Assembly (NCBI GenBank): GCA_963742265.1
Contig: CAVULC010000012.1
Coordinates: 1,636 to 65,635, forward strand
Direction: 5' to 3'
Source of the DNA: an uncultured Acidobacteriota bacterium
GTDB lineage: Bacteria; Acidobacteriota; Vicinamibacteria; Vicinamibacterales; 2-12-FULL-66-21
Length of the DNA stretch: 64,000 nt
Positions 24,150-36,259 of this stretch are shown in pieces. Positions within the stretch are counted from its first letter, which is position 1. Each line of letters begins with the position of its first letter. The notes beneath the pieces are model-generated. The model saw nothing but the letters and a program-made list of their open reading frames with translations, was not told the origin of the DNA and did no database searches. The translations under genes were made by a program, and so were the position numbers.

Positions 24150-27100
24150 GTGGCAGGGCTGGCGTCGGCTCCGCGGCACCTGGGCGGCTGGGTAGCCGTC
24201 GCCGGCGCACAGACGGCCACGTCGACGACCGGCGTCGTCTCCGGCACGGTCACCGATGCGACCGACGGCGTGCTACCTGGCGTGACCGTCGTGCTCACCG
24301 ACACCAACACCAGCGGCACGCGAGACACCGTCACGAGCGACTCCGGACACTTCGCGTTCGTCAACGTGCTGCCGGGACGCTACCGGGTCGCGGCGAAAAT
24401 GCAAGGGTTCCAGCAGACCATCGTTCCGGACTCGACGTCGAGGTCGAGTCGGTCCACACGGTGGACCTGAAGCTCGGGGTCGGGCAGCTCACGGAAACGG
24501 TCGAGGTCAAAGCGCCGGCGCCGTCGCGCTGCAGTTGAACGATTCGACGTCGTCAACACGCTGTCAGCAGAATCCGTTGCGCGGCTGCCCAACCCGACGC
24601 GCTCGCTCGAATCGATTCAGTTCAACCAGCCGCTGACGGTGCCCTACACGGCGGGCGCCGACAGCAACCGCACGCGCGCCGGATCGGTCGCCGGCGCCCG
24701 CACCGACCAGAACACCTACACGCTCGACGGCGTGGACGTCTCCGACAACGTCGTCGGCGACAACTTCCTCGAAGCGCTGCCGTCGGCGATCGTCCCGCTG
24801 CCGACCGAGAGCGTCGAGGAGTTCAGCGCCGCCAGCACCAACGCCAACGCCACGTTCGGCCGCGGCAGCGGCGCGCAGTTCGTGATCGTCACCAAGCGCG
24901 GCACCAACCGGTTCAAGGGATCGACCTACTGGTATCACCAGGACGACGCGCTCAACGCGAACAGCTGGGACCGGCAGCCGGCTCGGCCAGCCGAAGCCGC
25001 CGCTCACGGACAACCGCGCGCGGCTTTTCGATCGGCGGCCCGATCGTGCCGAACAAGACGTTCTTCTTCACCAACTACGAAGGGCGCCGCTTCCCGCGGA
25101 CGACGGAGGTGTCGCGCGGTGCCGACCGACAGCCTGCAAGCCGGCATCCTGCAGTTCCGCGATGCGGCCGGCAACATCGTCTCGTACAACCTGCGCGCGA
25201 CTCGATCCGCGCGGCATCGGCCTCAATCCGGTCGTCTCGAGCCTGTGGGCGACCTGCTGCCGGGCGGCAACGATCCGAGCCGCGGCGACGGGTTCAACAC
25301 GACCGGCTTCACCGGCGGACGCCGACACCTCGTTGAACAGGACACGGTCGTGCTGCGGCTCGATCACAACTTCTCCAACAGCTGGCGCGTGGACGGCAAC
25401 TACCGGTTCGGCAGCATCCGCGAGACCGGCGCCGCGCAGGCCGACATCGGCGGACTGCTGCCGGGCAATACCAAGGGCGTGCCGGTGGCACTCGAAGATC
25501 TGCCGCGCGAGCCGCGCTTCGCCGCCGTGGGAGTGACCGGACAGCTGTCACCGCGCCTGCTCGGGACAACGGCTTCTCGTACGTGCGGGGATTCCTCGCC
25601 TTCACGCGCGTGAGTCCGTTCGCGCAGGTCGCCGGCACGAACGTCGCTCTCGACGTGCGGCATCGCTCGACGAACCGCTCAACGTCGGCATCACGAAGGC
25701 CCGCTCGCAGGTCGCCAACGCGCACACCTATCAGTTGTCAGCAACTCGACGCTGACGCTCGACAAGCACACGCTGCTCTTCGGCGGCACCTGGCGCCGCG
25801 AGTACTTCGTATTTCCTGCGCAACGAGCAGCTTCAGGGGATCGCTCACCTCGCCGGTCGCGATCATCAACACCGGGAACTTAACGTGACGATCCCGACAA
25901 ACGTCCGGCCGGCGACGTGCAGCGCCGCGCGACACGACGAACTGCCTGGTCACCGCCGACGTCAACCGCTTTACGCAGCTCTATGCCTCGGCGCTCGGGA
26001 TCGTCGACAACGTCAGCGTGCTCGCGATGCGCGACACGAACCTGCAAGCCGCTGCCGCTCGGCACGCCGCAGACGCTCGATACCACGACCGACGGCTTCG
26101 AGGTCTACGTCAACGACTCGTGGCGGCCGACGCCGTCGTTCACGCTCAATCTCGGCGTGAGCTACCAGGTCCAGCTGTCCCCGATCGGAGGCGCGAATCG
26201 CTATGCCTTTCTGATCGACGCCAACAGCAACGAGACCGTCACCAGCGAGATGTACATCGATCGAGCGCGTGCCGCGGCCGAAGCGGGGCAGCCGTACAAT
26301 CCCACGCTGGCCTTTCAGCCAGTCACGTCGGCAAATCGGACCAGCTACTACGACGTCGACTGGACGAATCTCGGTCCGCGGCTGGCTGCGACGTGGAATC
26401 CGCCGTTCGAGGAGGGCTTTCTCGGCAGCATCTTCAAGCAGGACGAGACCGTTCTTCGCGGCGGTTACGGTCTCGTGTTCGACCGGACCAACAGCGTCGC
26501 GCACATCTTCTCGCTCGGCATGGGCTACGGCGAGAACCTGAGCGTCCTCGCGCCGCGCTGCAACGCGAACGGCGCCGGCGGCGCGGGCTGCGATCCCTCG
26601 GCCAGCGACCCGGCCGGTCGTATCGCGTCGGCGTCGACGGTCCGGTGCCGATTCCGTCACACCGCAGGTCACCTCGCCGATTGTCCCCAGCGGGCTTGAC
26701 CGTGTCGCAGTTCGCCGACACCGACCTCAAGACGGGCCGCACGCACAGCTACAACGTCAGCTATCAGCGCGAGCTGCCGGGCGGACGTTGCTCGAGACCG
26801 GTGGCGTGCTGCGCCTCGGCCGCAATCTGCCGCAGGCGTACGTGCTCAGCTCGGTGCCGTATTTCTTCCGGACAACGCTTCGCAGCAGACGTTCGCGCAG
26901 GCGTTCGACGTGGTCGCCCAGCAGCTCCGCGCCGGCGTGCGCGGCAAACGCATGACGCCGCAGCCGTGGTTCGAGAATCGCGTCGGCACCGGACAGACCG
27001 TGCGCACTTCGCGGGACCCAGAGCACGTCGTTCATCGACGGCAATCTGAGCGGCGCTGTGGCTGCAGGTGAACCAGCGGCGGATCGCCGCCGGGCGAGAA

Positions 27101-27938
27101 CCGCTGAGCAATCAGCAGATCCAGACCCTGTGGGCTCGCGGCGACGGCGGCCGCTCCGTTCTACAAGGCGTTCTACACCACCGGTGCGACGCCGCATGTC
27201 GAACGGACTCACCTTCGACGCCAGCTACACACTGTCGAACGCGATGGACCAGGCCGGCGTGCGCCAGAACGTCGACCGGCTCACCGTCGACGGCGTTCGA
27301 TCTCGATGTCGACTGGGGTCCGTCGGATACCGACCGTCGTCACGTGCTTCAATGTGACGGGCGTGTATGACCTGCCCTTCGGACGCGACGGCGGATCGAT
27401 GTCCCGCCTGACCGGCGGCTGGTATGTCGGTGGCATGTTCTCGGCGACGAGCGGTGTTCCGCTTGAGTGTGTGCCAGCGCGCCGGCGGTGTACGGCGGCG
27501 GGCTGGCGTTCACGAGTTGCGTGGGCGCGGTCCCGACCGACTCACTCGACGCGGCTGTTCACGAGGGTGTCACCGGCTCGAACGGCATCGGCACGACGCG
27601 GCAACCCCGCGACCGGCGGCACTGGTCTCAACTTGTTCTCCGATCCCGCGCCGGTGTACAACAACTTCCGACGCGTGCTCATCAGCCAGGACCGGACGTC
27701 CAGCCGCGGCACGCTTTACGGACTGCCGCGCTGGAACCTCGACATGTCGCTCGGCAAGCGGACACGAATCGCCGGCCGGGTAAACGCGCGTCTTCACGGC
27801 GGAGATCATCAACCTCTTCAACACGCCGCAGTTCGGCAACGCAACCTGAATCTCTCGAGCCCGACGAACTTCGGCGTGATCACGTCGCAGGCGAACTCCG
27901 CGCGGGTGATCCAGCTCGGGTTCCGCGTCGAGTTCTAG
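24150..27938 (+). pseudogene. TonB-dependent receptor-like OMP with CarboxypepD_reg domain, heavily frame-shifted
   Basis: Fragments: 24150..24470 (GVVSGTVTDATDGVLPGVTVVLTD...GHFAFVNVLPGRYRV), the tail of 24140..24538, 24639..25613, 25917..26699, and 27306..27938 (ends ...ARVIQLGFRVEF). A possible start with SD lies at 24082 (MNIRVPT). Confidence 0.75.
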
Positions 27939-27955
27939 CCAGGGAAGCAGGAGCG

Positions 27956-30621
27956 ATGATCGCCGCGCGCGCACTGGCAGCACTCGCCTCGGTGGGTGTA
28001 ATCGTTTCGGCCGCCGCCACACCCGCGGCGCAGAGTGGAGCTGGTCCGCCGTTCAGCCGGCGCACTATCGCTCCCTCGAGTACCGCTACATCGGGCCGCC
28101 GGGCAACCGCATAGAAGTGGTCGCCGGAGTGCCCGGAGATCCGTCGGTGATATACGCGGGGAATCCGTCAGGCGGCGTCTTCAAGACGGCTGACGGAGGA
28201 CTGCACTGGCAGTCGATCTTCGAGGAGGTCGCCTCCATAGGTGCGATCGCGATCGCTCCGTCCAATCCAGACGTCGTCTGGATTGGCACGGGTGAAACCT
28301 TCATCCGCGGCAACATCTCCGTCGGCCGCGGAGTCTACAAGTCCACCGATGCCGGTAAGACCTTCGCGCGAGTCGGCCTGGAGGCGACCGGCAGGATCGC
28401 GCGGATCATCGTCGACCCCGGTAATCCGGATATCGTGCACGTCGCCGCTCTCGGACACAGCTACGGCCCTCAACCAGAACGCGGCGTGTTCCGCACCACC
28501 GATGGCGGGAAGACATGGCAGCGCGTCCTGTTCGTGGACGAGAACACTGGCGCGGTCGATCTCGTGATGGACCCATCCAACTCACGGACGTTGTTCGCGG
28601 CAACCTGGCAGTTCGCCATCTACCCGTGGTGGGCGGAGAGCGGGGGAGCGGGGAGCGGCATCCACGTATCGCGGGACGGCGGAACAACGTGGACGCGCCT
28701 GGCGGGAAGCGGTTTGCCCGAGCCTCCCTTGGGCCGCATCGCACTCGCCATGTCGTCAGCCCGCCCGAACCGGATCTACGCAACCATCGAGACGAACAAC
28801 CAGGGGAGTCTCTGGACCTCCGACGACGGCGGTCAGAAGTGGGCGATGACCAGCCGTGAGCCGGCAATCAATCGGCGGGCGCGGTACTTCTCGCGGTTCG
28901 CGGTCGCGCCGGACAATGCCGACGAGCTCTTCTTTCTCACTCAGGATTTGAACCGCTCGCGCGATGGCGGCAAGACGCTCGAGCCGATTCCCGAGGTGTA
29001 CCCGGATCAGCACGACATCTGGATCGATCCAAAGGATCCCAACCGCGTGATCGTCGCCAATGATCGATACGTGAACATTTCCAGGAACCGTGGCCAGTCG
29101 TGGTTCCGGGCCGGACTTCCCAACGCCCAGATTTATCGTGTCGGCGTCGATCGCCAGGTGCCGTACAACGTCTACGGCGCGCGGCAGGACGGTCCGACCT
29201 ATCGCGGTCCGAGCAACAGTCTCGTGCCCAATGGGTTGATTCCCAACGATCTCTGGGAGTATGTCGGTTACAGCGAAAGCGGCTACGCCATCCCCGATGC
29301 GGGCGATGACAGCATCGTCTGGGTCAGCGACAACCGCCACGTCGAACGCTACAACACCCGTGTGCGTTCGACGCGAGATGCCAATCCGTGGCCACGCGCG
29401 CCCCGCCAGTCCGGCGCGCCGACAAGCGAACCACGCTTCCGTATCAACTGGACGGCGCCGTTCGCGCTGTCCCCACATGATCCACAGACGGCGTACGCGG
29501 GTAGCCAGTTCGTGCATCGCACAACCGATCGTGGAAAGACGTGGACCATCATCAGCCCTGACCTGACGACCAATGATGCGAGCCGGGCCGGTCCCTCACC
29601 GGGGCTCGGACCCGATACGCAGGACGTCTATTGCTCCCTCTTCGCGCTCGCCGAATCTCCCAAGGAGCGCGGCGTGATCTGGGCGGGCAGTACCGACGGA
29701 CTCGTGCACGTGACGCGAGACGGCGGAGAGGCCTGGTCGAACGTGACCCCGCCGGCCGCCTTGGTGCCCCCGACCGGCACGATCAGCAGCATCGAGGCGT
29801 CGGCTCACGCCGCCGGCACCGCATACATCACCGTTGATCGTCACCGCGCCAACGACAGCCGTCCCTACATTTTCAGGACGCGCGACTATGGCCGCACGTG
29901 GACACCGATCTCCCAGGGCATAGATCAGAGTCCGTTCGGCTATGTCCGTGTTGTCAGAGAAGATCCGAAGCGGCAGGGCCTCCTTTACGCCGGAACCGAG
30001 AACGGCCTCTGGGTGTCATTCGACGACGGCGCGAGATGGCTGGCGTTGCAGAACAATCTGCCGAAGGCGCCAGTGAGCTGGATGGTGGTGCAGCCGGATT
30101 TCGACGACCTGGTCATCTCGACTTTTGGACGGGGCTTCTGGATCCTCGACGATCTCACTCCTCTCCGCCAACTCACGAATTCTGTTGTGGACTCTCCGCA
30201 CTTCCTGTTCACACCGCGACCGGGATACCTGCTTCGGCCCGGCGCAGCTCTGGTAGGGAGCAACCTCGCCGCCGACTTCGACGCACCGTCGGACGCCGGC
30301 CACAATCCGCCGCGCGGGACGCCAATCAACTACTTCTTGAAGACAGCCTCCGCCGGAGAGGTACAGCTGCAGGTGCTTGACAGTGCGGGGGCCGTCATCC
30401 GGACGCTATCCGGGCCGCGAGCGGCCGGCATCAACCGGGTCTGGTGGGACCTGTACGCCGAAGCTCCCGCCGGAGGATCGCGGGGTTTGCCATTCGGCGC
30501 GATGAACAGACCGACGCCTCTGGTCCCCGCCGGCACGTACACGGTCAAGTTGCTGGTTGACGGGCACGACTACACGACGAAGCTGACATTGAAGAACGAC
30601 CCAAACTCTGATTGGCGCTGA
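27956..30621 (+). CDS. secreted BNR/sortilin (VPS10)-like repeat beta-propeller protein; one frame shift after the signal peptide
   Basis: ATG at 27956 gives MIAARALAALASVGVIVSAAATPAAQ. The mature part reads ...LEYRYIGPPGNRIEVVAGVPGDPSVIYAGNPSGGVFKTADGGLHWQSI... in the frame of ORF 28117..30621. Repeated S/T-x-D-G-G-x-T-W motifs. Confidence 0.8.
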
Positions 30622-32459
30622 AGCCTGTTTCCACAGGAGAACGAGACGTGGCAACTACATTCGAGGTCTTCAAGGACGAGCCGCTGGAAGAAGCGGCGCG
30701 ACACGCAATCCGGCTCGACGAGCCCCGTGCGCTGCTCGAGCGGTTCGCCAGGCTTGTCCGGGAGTCGGGCACACCCGCCGAAGAGACTGCCGGTCACTAC
30801 ATAGTGGAGCGTCTGCAGGCGATGGGGATCCCGGTGACCCTGCACACGCCCGACCTGTTCATCAGCCTGCCCGAGCGTGCGGAACTTACGGTTCAATCGA
30901 GTGCCGCGCAGTCGCGCAGCCTTCGCGCGCGGCCGCCGGCATTCGCGAAATCCACAGACGGCGAGGCGCTCACCGGCGACATCGTCTACGTGCCGTCGCG
31001 CTACGCGGCGGGAACCTCCTCGCTCTTCGACACGCCGGACGCGGCGGGACGCCGCGGCGAAGGTCCCGATCCGGTTGCCGGAAAGATCGTGCTGACCGAA
31101 GGATTCTCAATGCCCGGACCGGTGCAGGCATTCGAGCGTCGCGGCGCGATCGGCCAGATCTATATCCATCCCGGCAAGAACATCCACGAGGGCATTTGCA
31201 CGTCGATCTGGGGAGCGCCAACGGCCGAATCGATCGGTCGCAAGCCGACCACGCCGGTCGTCTGCATCAACCGGGAGGAGGGCGACGCACTGATCGCCGA
31301 GGTCGAGCGTGGGGCGGTGCGAGCGACGATCCGCACCTGGCTGCGCGAGGGTTGGATGAAATGCCTGCTGCCCGTGGCGGAGATCCGCGGCGCCGTCGAT
31401 CCCGACGAGTTCCTGCTGGTGCACGGTCACTATGACTCGTGGTACGAGGGAATCGGCGATAACGCGACCGGCGATGCGGCCCTGCTCGAACTGGCGCGGC
31501 TGCTGTGGCAGATGCGCGACCGGCTGCACCGCAGTGTACGCATTGCCTGGTGGCCGGGGCACTCGACTGGCCGCTATGCAGGATCGACGTGGTTCGCCGA
31601 CGCGTTCGCCGATGATATCGACGAGTACTGCATCGCGCAGCTCGACATCGATTCCCCCGGCTGTGCCGACGCCACCGCCTACGAGGAGGTCATGTGGATG
31701 GCCGAGGCGGAGCAGTTGTGCCGATCGTCGATCCGCGATGCGCTCGACCTGCCGTCGCAGCGCATGCGCCCGATCCGCGCCGGTGATTACTCGTTCAACC
31801 AGATCGGTCCGACCGGCTTCTACATGTTGCTCTCGAACATCCCGCTTGAAGAACGACAGCGTCGCGGCTACTACGCGGTGGGTGGTTGTGGTGGCAACAT
31901 CGCCTGGCATACGCCGGACGACCTGATGCCGGTCGCCGACCTCGAAATCTTGAGGCGGGATCTTGCCGTCTACGTAACGACCATCTTGCGGGTTCTGAAC
32001 GCGCCGCTGTATCCATTCGACTATGCGGCAACCGTCGACGAAATCCGCGACGTGATCGCCGGGTACAACGACGGCGTTGAACGGCGAGGTCGATTTCCTG
32101 CCGGCTGCTCGCCGATCTCTCTGCGCTCGCTGACGAGATCCGCACCTGGCGAGCCGAGGCGGAGCGACAGGTGCGCGAGCGAGCAGTCGGAGCCGGCTGA
32201 GAGGCGCCGTCTCAACGCCGCGATGCGGCAGCTGGCCCGGGTTCTCGTCCCGCTCAACTACGCGCGCGGCGAACGGTTCGATCACGACCCGGCAATGAAG
32301 TTCGGTGCAGTGCCGCGGCTGGAAGCCGCGACGACACTGGCCTCAGCGCCGGAGGAGATGAAGCCGTTCATCAAGGTTGGCCTGATCCGCGAGCGCAACA
32401 AGGTCCGGGCTCTGCTCAGGGCGGCGCGGCGCGAGTTGAAGGTGCAGGCTGCGGACTAA
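30612..32459 (+). CDS. M28-family metallopeptidase with PA domain
   Basis: ORF 30612..32459. HGHYDSWYEGIGDNATGDAALLELARLL is a typical M28 zinc site. A GTG at 30648 after ggagaacgag is a plausible start. Compensating frame shifts are suspected at 32075-32200. Confidence 0.8.
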   Translation: MALKPVSTGERDVATTFEVFKDEPLEEAARHAIRLDEPRALLERFARLVRESGTPAEETAGHYIVERLQAMGIPVTLHTPDLFISLPERAELTVQSSAAQSRSLRARPPAFAKSTDGEALTGDIVYVPSRYAAGTSSLFDTPDAAGRRGEGPDPVAGKIVLTEGFSMPGPVQAFERRGAIGQIYIHPGKNIHEGICTSIWGAPTAESIGRKPTTPVVCINREEGDALIAEVERGAVRATIRTWLREGWMKCLLPVAEIRGAVDPDEFLLVHGHYDSWYEGIGDNATGDAALLELARLLWQMRDRLHRSVRIAWWPGHSTGRYAGSTWFADAFADDIDEYCIAQLDIDSPGCADATAYEEVMWMAEAEQLCRSSIRDALDLPSQRMRPIRAGDYSFNQIGPTGFYMLLSNIPLEERQRRGYYAVGGCGGNIAWHTPDDLMPVADLEILRRDLAVYVTTILRVLNAPLYPFDYAATVDEIRDVIAGYNDGVERRGRFPAGCSPISLRSLTRSAPGEPRRSDRCASEQSEPAERRRLNAAMRQLARVLVPLNYARGERFDHDPAMKFGAVPRLEAATTLASAPEEMKPFIKVGLIRERNKVRALLRAARRELKVQAAD

Positions 32460-32477
32460 CGTGCTGCTCTGACCGAT

Positions 32478-33528
32478 ATGCGCGCCGCCGTGCAGATCGG
32501 GTACGGGAACTTCAAGGAGTGCGTGACGCTTCGGGAGATCGCGACTCCAGTACCCAGGGCTCGGGGAGGTATTGCTTCGGTGCGAAGGCGCAACCGTCAA
32601 CCGAAAGGACCTGTTCGCCATGGCGAACCTCACAGGCCCGGGGATTCGGCCGCGCCGCCGCCTTACCGCACGTGAACGGCACCGATGGGTGGGGCACCGT
32701 TGCCGCTGTCGGTCCAGAGGTGAACGGGTGGCTGTCGGCGACCATGCCCTGGTCTACCCGGGATTGTTCTGCGGTGGCTGCGAGTGGTGCGTGTCGGGGG
32801 AGACGTCGGCGTGCACCACGTATGGCGTCATCGGCGAACAGTGCTGGGGAACGCACGCGGAGTTCGTGCGCGTGCCGGCGCGGAACCTCGAGCCCATCCC
32901 GGAAGGGATGACGCTGGACGCGCTCGCCTGCGCCAACGGCAGCTGGTTGACAGCGTGGCGGGCGCTGGTCACGGCCGCGCACTGCGCCCCGGCGAAACGG
33001 TCCTCGTTGTCGGCGCCTCCGGCGGTGTCGGCAGCGCTGCGATCCGCATCGCGACGACTGGCGGGGGCACGGGTCCTGGCGGTGGTCGGATCGGCATGGA
33101 AGGCCCGGCACGCGGAAGCGGCCGGCGCCGACTCGGTGCTCCTCGCCGGTGAAGCCACCCGCCGAACAGATCCGCGACCGCACCGGCGGGCGCGGCGTGG
33201 ACGTCGCGCTCGACAGCGTCGGCGGACTGCAGTGGCGGCAGACCATCAATGCACTGGCGCCGTTCGGACGAATGGCGATTTGCGGCGCAACGGCAGGGGA
33301 CTCACCAGTAATCAGCATTCGCGAGATTTACCAGCAGCATCGGCGCATCATCGGCGCGCCGCTCGGCTCGCGCGCTGAGTTCCGCGCCTGATCCAGGTGC
33401 TCGCATCGGGACGGCTCCGACCGCTCGTACACGAAACGATCCCGCTGGAACGGATCCACGACGCGCTTGATCTTCTCGAGCGCCGGGCGTTCTTCGGGAA
33501 GATCGTCCTCAGCATGAGGGAGAGCTGA
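32478..33528 (+). pseudogene. zinc-type alcohol dehydrogenase / quinone oxidoreductase (MDR family), frame-shifted
   Basis: MRAAVQIGYGNFKECVTLREIATPVP (32478). Then LPHVNGTDGWGTVAAVGPEVNGW, GDHALVYPGLFCGGCEWCVSGETSACTTYGVIGE, GETVLVVGASGGVGSAAIRIA, GVDVALDSVGG... and a final ...RAFFGKIVLSMRES* (stop 33526-33528), spread over three frames. Confidence 0.75.
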
Positions 33529-34341
33529 TTGATGCAGGTGCTCTACCAGATCCCGGGCGATCTCGCTTCGGGGCCGCTCGGCCGGGGTGAGCTCGAGCGC
33601 CGTCGCGAACTGCTCCAGGGCTGGGCGCCGCCGGATGTCCGCGTCGAAGTTGCAGACGCACCCGGCGGTCCGCTGTCTATTGAGAGCCATGTCGAAGAAG
33701 CCCTCTGCGTCCCGGCCATGCTCCAGGCCCTGAAGACACGCACCCGGCCCGCCGACGCAGTCATCATCGGGTGTTTTGGCGATCCAGGGCTGGCCGCGCT
33801 GCGTGAGACGCTCGACTGCCCCGTCGTCGGCCCCTTTGAGGCCTCGCTGTGCGTCGGCACGCAGCTCGGAGGACGGGTCGGTGTCGTGACGATCCTCGAC
33901 AGCGTCATACCGATCCTGGATCACCTCGTTCGCGGTATGGGTTTGTCGCTCCGCTATGCGGGTGCGGCGGCAATCGCTGTCCCGGTCCTCGAGTTGCGCA
34001 CCAATGTCGAGGACGTAGCCGCTCGCGTCGTGAAAGTTGCGGTCGACCTCGTACGCGAGCGCGATGCCGACGTCCTCATCCTCGGCTGCATGAGCCTCTC
34101 ATTTCTTGGGATCGCTGAGCGCGTCGCCGGTGCGGCTGGGGTTCCCGTGATCAACCCGGCCCGTGCTTCGCTCGCGACTGCCTGTTCGCTCGCGGCGCAG
34201 GGGCTTTCACACAGCCGGCGCACCTACGCCAGGGTGCGCAAGCCCGTTGACTTCTCAGGTGGCCGTAAGGAGCGTGCGAGGTCGATTCTCAGTTCGGAGT
34301 GCGGAGATCAGCGCCTGACGGGCGCCGGAGGCAACACATGA
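33529..34341 (+). CDS. Asp/Glu/hydantoin racemase family protein
   Basis: ORF 33529..34341. ...AVIIGCFGDPGLAALRE...DVLILGCMSLSF... carries the two catalytic-Cys regions of the family. The ATG at 33532 abuts the MDR stop; its own stop overlaps the S9 start (ATGA). Confidence 0.8.
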   Translation: MMQVLYQIPGDLASGPLGRGELERRRELLQGWAPPDVRVEVADAPGGPLSIESHVEEALCVPAMLQALKTRTRPADAVIIGCFGDPGLAALRETLDCPVVGPFEASLCVGTQLGGRVGVVTILDSVIPILDHLVRGMGLSLRYAGAAAIAVPVLELRTNVEDVAARVVKVAVDLVRERDADVLILGCMSLSFLGIAERVAGAAGVPVINPARASLATACSLAAQGLSHSRRTYARVRKPVDFSGGRKERARSILSSECGDQRLTGAGGNT

Positions 34342-36242
34342 AGAGCAGATCGGGAATGCGAGCAGGGATTTTAGCGGTGGTGCTGAGTGCGTCGGCGCTG
34401 GCGGCCAGCACGCCGGGCCAGGGGACGCCTCCCCAGGCAGCGAAGAAGGCGCTCACCCTCGAGAACATCATCGGCCGGCAGAGTGGCGCGCGTCAGGCGG
34501 ACATCTCGCCCGACGGGCCGCTACGTGGCGATCTCCGGTGATAGTCGCCAGGGAAGCGGGATCTTTCTCGTCGCCACAGCCGGCGACTCCACCCCCAAAC
34601 TCTGGCTGCAGGGTAATAACCCGGTGTGGTTCCCCGATTCGAAGCGCATCGTCTTCTCGCGCGAGAACGATTTGTGGACGGCGGCTGTCGGATCGACCGC
34701 AGCGACGCAAGTGACGAAGGACGCTGACAACGAACGCGCGCCGGCCGTATCACCCGACGGCCGGACCATCGCGTTCTATTCCAGCCGCAGTGGACACCAG
34801 GACATCTGGCTCGTCCCGTCAGACGGCAGCGCTCCATCGAAGGCGCTCACCAAAGCCGCGATGGCCGAGGACGATCCGCGTTTCGCGCCAGCGTGGTCGC
34901 CCGACAGCCGGCAGGTCGCGTACATCTCGAACAAGGCTGATTACTGGAGTGACGATGTCTGGGTGGTGGATGTGGCGTCGGGCAATCCCCGGCAGCTGTC
35001 GAAGGCGCTGATGGCGGCCTCCACCCCGGCGTGGTCTCCCGACGGACGGCAGATCGCACTGCTGGGGAATGCGAAGAAGGGCTATTGGTACGAGGATCTG
35101 CAGGACATCTGGGTGATCGACGCGGCGAAGGGCACGGAGCGTACGGTGAAGATGCAGGTCACCGCCACCGACTCCCTACACAATCTGCCGGTGTTGTGGA
35201 GCGGCGACGGGTCTCACTTCTACTTCGTGTATCACGAGCGCGGCGACTTCAACATCTGGACCGTTCCGGCAGCCGGCGGCGTGGCCACCCGGATGACCAA
35301 CGGCCTCGGCTCGCTGCGTTCACTGGCCAGCACTGCGAAGGGGGATGCGCTGGTCTACGTCCGGTCCGGGCCGGTTGATGGACCCGAGGTCGAATACGTG
35401 GCGCAGCCTGGAGGGCCGCCGCGACGTCTCACCCATTTTTCTGAGACCTGGGACAACGTCCGTGCGCCGCAGGAGGTCTCGTATCGTTCGTTCGACGGCC
35501 TCTACATCCAGGGCTTCCTCTATCTTCCGCCGAACATGCAGGCGGGCAGAAGTATCCCGCGCTCGTCCAGGTGCACGGCGGCGGCACCAACTCTTATCTC
35601 CGCACGCAGAACCTGCTCGAGCACTACCTCGCGTCAAAAGGCTACGTCGTCATGGCGATCAACTATCGCGGCGGATCCGGATTCGGTCGGGAGTTCCAGG
35701 ACCTCAGCGTGAACGACTGGGCTAGCGGTCAGGCGCACGACGCCGCGATCGCGGCGGACTTCATGCGTTCGCTGTCTTACGTCAACGGCAAGGTCGGCAT
35801 CTATGGATACAGCTACGGCGGGATCATGACGATGGCGACAATCGCTCGCTATCCCGACAAGTACGACGCTGCGGTGCCGATGGCGGGCATCTACGATTTC
35901 GGTGATGCGCTGACAAATGCCGACCGGCTCGGCAAGATCTTCACGCAGACGGGACATGGCGGACCGCCGGACAAACGCCCCGAGGTTTACGCGAAGAGCA
36001 ACACGCTTGCGAGAGTCAAGGATGTCAAGACACCGCTGTTGATCATGCATGGTGAAGCTGACGTCCGTGCCCCGTTCAAGCAGTACCAGCTGGCCGTCGA
36101 CATCCTGAAGAAGAATAACAAGACGTTCGAGAGCAAGAGCTACCCCGGGGAGCCACATGGTTTCCGGAACCCGGCCAATCGGCTCGATATGTACCAGCGG
36201 CTCGAAGCGTTCCTGGACAAGTACCTCAAGACGCAGAGTTGA
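34338..36242 (+). CDS. S9 prolyl oligopeptidase-family serine peptidase with N-terminal TolB-like beta-propeller; two frame shifts
   Basis: MKSRSGMRAGILAVVLSASALAA (34338), propeller text in ORF 34387..35712, catalytic domain in 35571..36242 (GIYGYSYGG nucleophile elbow, HGEADVRAP). Shifts near 34520 and 35560. Confidence 0.8.
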
Positions 36243-36259
36243 AGCAGGGGATTGGAGGC

